Shown here: positions 55,828 through 64,000 of the stretch, in pieces
Layout: every line of letters begins with the position of its first letter
Position numbering within the stretch: position 1 is the first letter of the stretch
Source: Rhodosorus marinus CCMP1338
Taxonomy: Eukaryota; Plantae; Rhodophyta
Direction of reading: 5' to 3'
NCBI GenBank assembly: GCA_029953675.1
Contig: JAMWBK010000008.1
Location: 2,053,291-2,117,290 of the forward strand
DNA: 64,000 nt
Translations under genes and position numbers: made by a program
Notes under the pieces: model-generated
What the model was told of the DNA's origin: nothing
Databases searched by the model: none
The model's input: the letters and a program-made list of their open reading frames with translations, nothing else

Positions 55828-56681
55828 CAGTCATGCTCAATTCTCCTCTCACGCCGCCTACCACTGCCGCTCGTCTCCGCGGCATGGGAGGCCACCTCTC
55901 GCACTTGTGGTTAACCACTCTACCGTCGTCATTGAGTCATCGTCTCGATGCTTTCCAGTTCCGTTCTGCCGCACGGATCTATCTCGGTTTGCCACAGGCT
56001 CCGTGGCACTCTAATCGGCCGTCTTTCTGTCAGGGATGTGAGAGCCGGATTGACGCTTGTGGCTACCACTTCCTGGGTTCCTGCGGACTGTTGCGAGGTC
56101 TCCGTACGAGGCGTCACACTCGCCTCAAGTACATCCTCAGCGAATCTTTGACTCGGATAGGGCATACGGTTGAGGTTGAGTCGGAACTGCCCAGATCCAT
56201 CTCGGACTCTGCACCGCCCCGTTGTATAGCCGATCTCCTCGTCTCTGACGCTGCTGCCAGACGCTCAACATATGTGGACCTTGCGATTACCTGCCCCGTG
56301 GCCAGCGCCCACCTCACCGCAGCCGCCCGCCGCCGGGGGGCCGCGGCTTCAGCCCTTCGAAGAGTTAAGGAACGACGGTATGCTGAGAGCATGGCCAGTC
56401 TGCCTTGCGCTGAGGGTCGCTCTCACAGGTTCCAGCCATTCATTGTGGAAAGCTTTGGTCACGTGGATAAGTCGGGTTTAGAGTGGTTGCGGAAATGTTT
56501 TGCTGAGCATCCTACTGAATATTTGGCGCTCTTGAGGCGTTTAAGTGTCTCCCTTTGGCGATATTCCAGCGACATGCTTTCCGAGGCGCGCCATCGGCGC
56601 CTGGGGTTGCATACTTCCCCCCCTAGTTATTAATTCATCTTCACGCCTTGCGTAGCGCTTCAGGCTATGCTAGTAAAGTCC
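55828..56681 (+). mobile_element. Family A copy 5, 5'-truncated, head-to-tail with copy 4
   Basis: Flanked by agtgatagaga (55817-55827 and 56682-56692). Confidence 0.92.
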
Positions 56682-57569
56682 AGTGATAGAGATAATCTGG
56701 GGTTACGTAACCCCAGATACAAATAGACAGCTGCCAAGCAAAGTACAGTTATATATTCTTCTCATGCACAAGCACGATCCTTGTATTGAAAGTCTTGTTT
56801 TCCATCGCAGGAAATCTTACTGGGTGAGCAAAGCTGAGGAGCTCCTCGGTGACGACGATAATGGTGATGGGGACGGGCACGTAGGTCTGCAGTACCATCA
56901 CTACGAAATCGACCCAACTTATCAGGACGGTATCCCCATGAAGGTGAGTTTCACAGCAGAATTCCTGCATACTAATTCGCAACCGCAAATCATCTTGACG
57001 TATGTGTGTGTAGTTTATACGCATTGACGAAAATCTTCACGATTTGCAAGTACGTATGATACATGACCTTAGACTCCAAACAAATAATTACAACGAGATG
57101 GATAAGTATAATGAATGTACGCAATACGCTTATTGAGTGTATATATACAGAATCAACGAGTAATCGCAGTCCTTACACCCTTCGTTCCTCCGCCGCATGG
57201 AAGGAATTCGCAACGGTCCTCGCAGGCATCGATCAGGTCGTAGAATTCGTGATCAGAGTCCGGATCCTATTTCCTCCTCGGAATGCTCGTGAAGTCGCGA
57301 AGTGCGTTTCCTCTCGAGGATTGAGGTGGGTCTTCCCCTTGACTTCACGGGGCTCAGTCGTGTCCATGTCCAGTATCGTTTCCAGCGCGTTTTTGACGCG
57401 CCCGTGTTCGTGGATCTACCCTCCATAACGGAGGTGGTGTCCAGTATCCCTACAAAGCTCTCGCAGAGGTGCTTCCGGACTTCCGGCACTATGTATCAAC
57501 TACTTAAGCGCTGCGCTATCTGGAGACCTCTGGCCGTTGGAATGTAGGTTCCTCAACACCTGAGCTCCT

Positions 57570-58555
57570 GTTTACGGATTCCGTTGGTTCTCATTGGCTT
57601 CGCCCGAAGCCAACGAGAACCAATCGTTCCGTGAACGCCCTGACCTTCTGTCCTCGTTGTTTACCCGTTTAAGTTTCTTGCTGTGACGTATGAACGCTGC
57701 TTTGATTTTGGAGGCGCGCGATTGTCGCCGAGCTTAGTCATTTTTTCCCCTCGGGGTTTTTTTCTTTTCGGCCTCCGATTTAAAAGATTCATTCAACAAT
57801 AAATAATGCGCTCAGCCTTTCTTGGATTAAACCAATTCATTGTCCGATTAAACCAATTCATTCAACTAAAATGTGCGGAGGCCTTGTCTTCCCCAGGCAT
57901 TCGTGCTTCGGCTCTAGCTCATCGCCTGGTCCCTCTGGTCATTGAGTCCTTCGGGTTTATGGATTTCGTTGATTCTCGTTGGCTTCGGGAATTGTTCAAC
58001 GAACGCCCTAACCGTCTATCCTCGTTGTTTACCTGTTTAAGTTTCTTGCTGTGGCGCATGAACGCTGCTTTGATGTTCGAGGCGCGCGATCTTCGCCGCG
58101 CCTAGTATTTTTTTTCCCCTCGGGTTTTTTTTCTTTCGGCCTCCGATTAAACCAATTCATTTCAACTAAAAACGTTTAAACAAATTCATTTAACTAAAAA
58201 GCGGCTGCCAATATGAGACGTCGCAAAGGGTTGAAGTAGGCGAGGGCCTTGTCTTCCCCAGGCATTCTTGCTTCGGCTCTAACTCATCGCCTCGTACCTC
58301 TGGTCACTGAGTGCTTTGGGTTTATGGATTCCGTTGGTTCTCGTTCGCTTCGGGAATTGTTCCGCGAACGCCCTGACTGTCTGTCCTCGTGTGTAAACAG
58401 CAAGAAACTTAAATGGGTAACCATTTAAGTTTCTTGCTGTGGCGTATGAACGCTGCTCTTATGTTTGAGGCGAGCGATCTTCGCCGCGCTTAGTCTTTTT
58501 TTCCCCTTCGGTTTTTTTTTTCTTTCAGCCTCCGGTTAAACAAATTCATTCATCT
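57570..58555 (+). mobile_element. Head-to-tail array of three to four short family C 3' ends
   Basis: Repeated gaacgccct...cttcgccgcgc.tagt...cctccgattaaac.aattcatt blocks. Confidence 0.85.
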
Positions 58556-59202
58556 GGAAAGGAGGAGTCAGTCCACGAGTTGAAATGATTGAAAATTGTA
58601 TCAATTAGACACTGTTTTTCCAAATTTAATGGGGATTCGCTCTCAAAGTTAACTGCCGCACTTTGTCCCAGCTCTTTTCTTTTTTAGTTCACACGCGGGT
58701 CTACCATTCCCCCCCCCCTTCCGCCTGTCAAAAGAATGCTAACCCCCACGAGACTTCGTCACCTACCCCCTTAAGAGATAAAAATTTCGTTCTCAAAAAA
58801 TTAGTATATTACAATTTATGTACCTGTGAACTGACCCAACGTGAATGAATTGGGTTTAAAGTAATATTTGGACTATATATCTTTTTTTATTTTAGTAATT
58901 AATATACGAATCTATTGATTGGTATATTAAATAATATACTATTGAATGAATGAATTTGTTTAATGATATATTTAGGTGCTCGTTGTTTTTTCTCAATTCC
59001 CTGAAATAGCTTTCCGAAGTTTTCCGATCTACATAGTCCTGGGCTTGGTTGGCTTGAGGGGTTTGGGAAGAGCCGCACTTCGATAAGAGCACCTCGGCTA
59101 TAAGAAGCTTTGGGCTGGTGGGGTCTGAGCTGAGCTGGGGTGGTAGAAGTTCAAAGCCTGTTAAGTAGAGGATAAATAAGAACAAAGAAAAAGAAACCGA
59201 GA

Positions 59203-60297
59203 ATGGAGAAAACAATACTGTTTGGATGCGTTTTGATGGTGGCACTGCACGTGAGCGTCGCTGTGAATCCGAATGTGGTGGCCATCACTGGAAAGCGTCA
59301 GGACGTAATCCAGCTCAATGATGCGGAGACGTTGGAGACGGTCCAGGTTATTGAAGACAAGAGTGGAAATAAGCTATTTCAGCTCATTTCGCTGGGGAGA
59401 AATATCTACGTGACGACTGTGAATAACGACGAAGAGTTACATGCCGAGCTTCGGATGTATGAAATTCAGTCTAGAACGAACAAGCTTGAGTTTGTGCAAT
59501 CGAAATCGTACGGAATTCAGTGCATCCAGCCGATCGCATTGACAGCAAGCTACGATTACAGCGACCAGACGGTGCTGGCTATGACGTGCCTGGAGACAGA
59601 CACGGTCATGGTGGTGAATCCTGCGACGCTGAAACTGATCAAGGTAATTCCGAAACCCGTTATCAAGGACATCCTCATCAAGGATATCGCGGAGTCTGCG
59701 ATGACCGCCAGGTACCTCTACGTCGCCTACGTCATCGGCCCGCAGTTTGATGACGACTTCAGCCAGGGGTTGCTGGTACAGTACAGCCGGAACACGTGGG
59801 AGGTCGTCAACTTCTCCATAGTTCGTGGACAATACTTTCACCTCCTGATAGCCGGAAGCAGTGATCTCTTCCTGACGGCGACAGGCAACGGTGAATCCTA
59901 CCTCCTCCAGTTGAACCCAAACACCCTAGAGGAAGTTAATCGGAAAACCCCCAAGGGCTTCGATTTTCTCCGGATGACGATGACTCCTGACCAGAGGAGT
60001 TTCTACATGTACATCCACGGCTCAGCGAAGAAAGCGGGAAGAATGCGTAGCTTCGACCAGACCATTTACCCGGCCAATAAGTTCTGCAGCGATGTCCGAA
60101 TCGAGATGTCCCCAGGCACCCAACCCATCGTCATCAACGGCTACCTGTTTATCAGGTCCAACAAGTCGATGACAAGGTTCACCCTCAAGAGTGAATCCGG
60201 ATGTCCCCGTCAGAAGTCTCAGGCCGCGTATACCCTAGACTCAGTCCAAGATTCTGGCGTCGCCATGGCCTGCCTGAACTGCCTCTCGATCTCTTAG
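59203..60297 (+). CDS. Secreted protein (364 aa), probable beta-propeller; last host gene before the telomere
   Basis: Signal peptide MEKTILFGCVLMVALHVSVA; beta-rich units of about 40 aa (VMVVNPATLKLIKVIP, LYVAY). The fold is inferred. Confidence 0.75.
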   Translation: MEKTILFGCVLMVALHVSVAVNPNVVAITGKRQDVIQLNDAETLETVQVIEDKSGNKLFQLISLGRNIYVTTVNNDEELHAELRMYEIQSRTNKLEFVQSKSYGIQCIQPIALTASYDYSDQTVLAMTCLETDTVMVVNPATLKLIKVIPKPVIKDILIKDIAESAMTARYLYVAYVIGPQFDDDFSQGLLVQYSRNTWEVVNFSIVRGQYFHLLIAGSSDLFLTATGNGESYLLQLNPNTLEEVNRKTPKGFDFLRMTMTPDQRSFYMYIHGSAKKAGRMRSFDQTIYPANKFCSDVRIEMSPGTQPIVINGYLFIRSNKSMTRFTLKSESGCPRQKSQAAYTLDSVQDSGVAMACLNCLSIS

Positions 60298-60584
60298 GGC
60301 AGAATTGAACCCGCGAGGCGGAAACTGCTCAACGGAAAGCTCCACAGCGCAGCAGAACTTTCAGCTAAGAACGGAGCTATCTGTGGTTGCTGTTCTGGGG
60401 AGCCAGGTTGTTGTTTCTTTTGAGAGTGGCGTAAATTTTCGGTGAAGAGCTGTTTGCTTCTCTCTCTCTCTCTCTCTGTATCTGTCTCCAACTCCTGACC
60501 GTCTGTCGCTTCGCTCTTATGTTGAGATGTGATTTAGTAAAAAAATACTTTGAAATCGATCACCTGAATCGAACGCCGGCTTTA

Positions 60585-60604
60585 GGGGTTACGTTAGTCT
60601 GGGG
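60585..60604 (+). repeat. Interstitial telomeric repeat (1.25 units)
   Basis: ggggttacgttagtctgggg, an exact match to the terminal array. Confidence 0.9.
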
Positions 60605-61754
60605 ACCCTGAAGCATGGCAGGCAAAACTCCACACGTTCCTGGACACCGCAACAGACTCCGGACGCCACTGGTGGATGGTCACCAACAGCCCAGTACGCA
60701 CCTGAGAGCATGTCCCTAATGCGCAAGTCAAGCATTGGAACCTACTACTCCAGCGTGCTCTGGGGTGAAAGATGCCCTACTGTGGAGTCAAAATGTCCTC
60801 CCTACCATTGGGGCGGAACTACAGCCTCAAAAGTACACCCTATTCGGCTACCACATAGCATCCCCTCGACTGGTTACCAGATACATGCCGGACCTCAATG
60901 TTTCTCGCGAAGGAGTAACCATACACTCCATTCCCATTGGGACGAGAAAATATGTGGAAGAAGCTTTGAGAACACTACAAAACAAGCATGAAACACTGGG
61001 CAAAGAGATAGCCCATCTGCCTCCTGAAGAGCTCAACACACAACTGGCGCTGTTCCGATACTGCTCGGAAACGAGACTTGACTACACCCTAAGGACAGTG
61101 GCTTACCACTACGGCAGAAGTTTAGCACGAGAAGCGGACTACAACACACGACTACAGTTGGAAAGGCTACTAGGCAGTCTACAAACAGCCCAACGGACGA
61201 CCCTGACGGAACGCACCCGGCTTGGAAGCAGGTAGCACTCCCCTGCCGATGGGGGGGACTGGGATTCTGCACTAGAAGGCGCATCCAACCTATTTCTTTC
61301 TACACAGGTTGGATGCAAACCTTTGCAGCTAACAAGGGCTATTGGCCCCACCTACAAAAATTGTTAGAACGCACCCAGGAAGCTACACCACAGCTGCTCA
61401 ACCCCCCGAGGACACTACACCGCTCTACTGACGACCTCCCCTCCCAAATCCTAGTGGCAACTACAGCCATTAGGGGGAGACTGAGACCGGAAACCAGCCC
61501 CCGAATAAGGCAGCTCCTCAACCCCACGTACCTGACTGCTGCCCCTGCAGCAAATTCCCCCCCTGACCAGTCTGCGGTGAAGCAAGGTTCCTTACAACAG
61601 ACCCTCTCAAGAGAGGCACACCTTACTGCTTTCACCCGACTGGTCACGGATCCCTTACTCGACCCGGAACATCGTGCCCGAATCCGTTCCGCTGCAGGAG
61701 CAGGTTCAGGCGTCTGGCTAAGAGATTTGCCACAATTCGGACCCCGAAAATTGA
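60605..61754 (+). mobile_element. Family D ORF2 fragment with an internal deletion of the RT core and frameshifts
   Basis: DPEAWQAKLHTFLDTATDSGRHW (ORF2 N-terminus) is joined to VKDALLWSQ...LALFRYCSETRL...GGLGF; no RLE remains. Confidence 0.75.
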
Positions 61755-61794
61755 GTTAGTCTGGGGTGACGTTAGTCTGGGGTTTCTGGGGTTA
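61755..61794 (+). repeat. Interstitial telomeric repeats (about two units plus a partial variant)
   Basis: gttagtctggggtgacgttagtctggggtttctggggtta. Confidence 0.9.
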
Positions 61795-61846
61795 TTGGAT
61801 AAGGTTCGAAATTAAGTTTGTAGGTTTGGTTCGCCTGGGGTAAAAT

Positions 61847-63430
61847 ATGCCAAACACTGGCACTTCCCCTTCGTTTGGGGAGGGGAATTCGAAGAATACC
61901 GGTGCAATGAGCGGAATGCTGCCTGCCTCTCCAATTGCTGAACGAGAGGACGGGCATGGGTCACATGATGGACTACAAGCGACTACTTTACGCCCAGAAG
62001 AACCGTGCCAGGAGGGGAGTCGGACAGAGCCTTCTACGTCATCCTCTCCCGCTAACACGTTCCTCCACCAACTTCGAAGCTACGATCAGTGCTATCACGC
62101 CCTCGGAATTGGGGAGCAGGACATCGCGAACTTCTACAAAGCAGTCTTCAATCTCTACTCGCGAATTAACAGTACCACAGAGATACATAATGTCACCAGC
62201 CGCCTCACGGAACTTGCACAGAAGCCCCACATGTGGCAAGCTTCTGCACAGACTTCGAATCCCTCGGGAGCTTCGGCGCATCACCGGCCGACGGCGGTGG
62301 TCAATCAACTTGCGGCCGGAACGGGCTTCAATCAAGTTCCGGTCGGGACAGGTGTCCCTGCGGGTGTCCGGTTTGAGACGGCTTTCCCGGCCCTTGGGAA
62401 TGACACCCCCAGACCCACCTACGCGGCGGTTTCGGCGGTAGAAGTACCAGAGAACGGTGTAGAGACACCCATCCGCACCATGCGAAGGCCTGGGCCGCAG
62501 ACGCAACATGCCGCCCTGAAGCAGTTACACGCCACAGTGGGAGGGGCCAGCTGGGGCCCTGAGACCACGCCAGTGCTTGTTACCCTCCGAAATATCCGTC
62601 CCCCACGACAGGATGAGGTGGCTGCTTCTGACTTCACTACGGTCCTCTGCCGGGCGTTGGGCATTCCCGGCTCGTATGTGGCGCATTTGGACTTTATCTC
62701 TTCACACGTGAGCCTCGTGTGCCACCCTGATGCAATTCCTCTTCTCCAAAGCGCAATCAGCCGGGGTGTGTTCCGGACTGGGATTTTCGGATCCTTTACC
62801 ATGCGACACCCCGATCGACAGGTGAGCCTGTACACCGGGCACGGTTTAGAGGCGGATAACCTGCTGGGGTTCAACGAGCGGCAACGACTCGCCGGCGGAG
62901 ATGTCAGGGCTCAAACGCAGAGACGAGCGATCGAGCAGATCATACGCATCCGCGCGCGGCTGAGCCGTCGACATCTCTCGTTTACAACTCTCGCCCGAGT
63001 GCACGAGATGCTGGACCAACGGCTTGAAAAGTTACAAGCCCTTCAACAGCAACCTGCGGTATCCAGGGAGAGCGCGGAACCCCTAACGACTGCAGCCGCA
63101 CCAAACGCAGCCGCTGAAGCCTCGTCGTCTCCGGACGATGCACAGGCAGCCTGTGGGACTGTTGCCACTCAGGGTGACTCCGGTGGAACATCCCAAGTAC
63201 CGCAGGATGTGGAAGAAGAGGACAATCCCCATGCGGAACTCTCGTGCAACTTGCCGGAACCTCCTCAACTTAAGCGCTCGCGCCGGTCTGCCAACGGATC
63301 TAGCACGGATGCAGAAATGACACCAGCTCCCCTCGACCCCACACCGAGCGAGAATGGACTACAACCTGAAACTGCAGCCAATACAAACCCGTCGGTTCAG
63401 CAGGAAGCGCAGGACAACGAGCAATCATAA
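61847..63430 (+). CDS. Family D ORF1 (527 aa)
   Basis: Shares motifs with family A ORF1: TYAAV vs SYASV, LRNIRP...DF...LG vs VRNVRP...DF...LG, RAIEQIIRI vs AAIHWLRI. Confidence 0.75.
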   Translation: MPNTGTSPSFGEGNSKNTGAMSGMLPASPIAEREDGHGSHDGLQATTLRPEEPCQEGSRTEPSTSSSPANTFLHQLRSYDQCYHALGIGEQDIANFYKAVFNLYSRINSTTEIHNVTSRLTELAQKPHMWQASAQTSNPSGASAHHRPTAVVNQLAAGTGFNQVPVGTGVPAGVRFETAFPALGNDTPRPTYAAVSAVEVPENGVETPIRTMRRPGPQTQHAALKQLHATVGGASWGPETTPVLVTLRNIRPPRQDEVAASDFTTVLCRALGIPGSYVAHLDFISSHVSLVCHPDAIPLLQSAISRGVFRTGIFGSFTMRHPDRQVSLYTGHGLEADNLLGFNERQRLAGGDVRAQTQRRAIEQIIRIRARLSRRHLSFTTLARVHEMLDQRLEKLQALQQQPAVSRESAEPLTTAAAPNAAAEASSSPDDAQAACGTVATQGDSGGTSQVPQDVEEEDNPHAELSCNLPEPPQLKRSRRSANGSSTDAEMTPAPLDPTPSENGLQPETAANTNPSVQQEAQDNEQS

Positions 63431-63556
63431 TGCCGTCCAGACGCAGGGGACGTAAACGCCCACGAGAAGAGCCTCTGTTCTTCTCTGACCGGGAGGCCTG
63501 GATTTGCCGCTGGAACGCTTTCGTAGCTGAGATCACGGAGGAGGGGAGGCATTGGA
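63430..63556 (+). pseudogene. Family D ORF2 N-terminal stub
   Basis: The ATG overlaps the ORF1 stop (TAATG). MPSRRRGRKRPREEPLFFSDREAWICRWNAFVAEITEEGRHW then runs into the telomere. Confidence 0.7.
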
Positions 63557-64000
63557 GTTACGTTAGTCTGGGGTTACGTTAGTCTGGGGTTACGTTAGTC
63601 TGGGGTTACGTTAGTCTGGGGTTACGTTAGTCTGGGGTTACGTTAGTCTGGGGTTACGTTAGTCTGGGGTTACGCTAGTCTGGGGTTACGTTAGTCTGGG
63701 GTTACGTTAGTCTGGGGTTACGTTAGTCTGGGGTTACGTTAGTCTGGGGTTACGTTAGTCTGGGGTTACGTTAGTCTGGGGTTACGTTAGTCTGGGGTTA
63801 CGTTAGTCTGGGGTTACGTTAGTCTGGGGTTACGTTAGTCTGGGGTTACGTTAGTCTGGGGTTACGTTAGTCTGGGGTTACGTTAGTCTGGGGTTACGTT
63901 AGTCTGGGGTTACGTTAGTCTGGGGTTACGTTAGTCTGGGGTTACGTTAGTCTGGGGTTACGTTAGTCTGGGGTTACGTTAGTCTGGGGTTACGTTAGTC
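63557..64000 (+). repeat. Terminal telomeric array, 16-bp unit GGGGTTACGTTAGTCT, about 27.7 copies
   Basis: Perfect tandem array running to the window end, G-rich strand pointing outward, one variant unit at 63675. Confidence 0.88.

Larger units (their letters stand above)
61795..63556 (+). mobile_element. Family D retrotransposon 5' portion, truncated by the terminal telomere
   Basis: Short 5'UTR, intact ORF1 and the first 42 codons of ORF2. Confidence 0.75.

Noticed and set aside
56683-57550. Short ORFs of 114, 121 and 81 aa as host genes
   Set aside because: No recognisable motifs, and the first start codon lies inside the TSD.
60458-60488. (CT)n microsatellite and poly(A) runs at 35036 and elsewhere
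   Set aside because: Ordinary simple repeats.
1-64000. rRNA or tRNA genes, or spliced-leader RNA targets typical of some CRE elements
   Set aside because: No such sequence is recognisable at the insertion sites or elsewhere.

Overview
Right-hand end of a eukaryotic chromosome. The organism is possibly a unicellular red alga; this is a low-confidence inference from the secreted Cys-rich proteins and the short GT-AG introns. The window ends in about 28 copies of an unusual 16-bp telomeric repeat (GGGGTTACGTTAGTCT). About 60% of the window is non-LTR retrotransposons of the restriction-like-endonuclease (RLE) type, with CRE-clade-like RT motifs. I separate four groups under my own labels. Family A has two ORFs, (AGTAAAGTCC)n tails, three near-full-length copies and many 5'-truncated ones. 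Family A' is its sister. Family C survives only as 3' fragments with T-rich 3'UTRs and (ATTC)n tails. Family D has distal copies sitting between telomeric repeat tracts, the last cut off 42 codons into ORF2 by the terminal telomere. There is also one intact, very young Ty1/Copia element (LTRs 299/300 identical, AATTC TSD), a small MITE-like element, a Gag remnant and five host genes or pseudogenes for predicted secreted proteins. The main candidate novel system is a telomere-associated two-ORF RLE retrotransposon group acting on a 16-bp telomere. It shows repeated breakage and healing, re-use of target sites, heterogeneous tails and 5' extensions, and a conserved ORF1-ORF2 hairpin.
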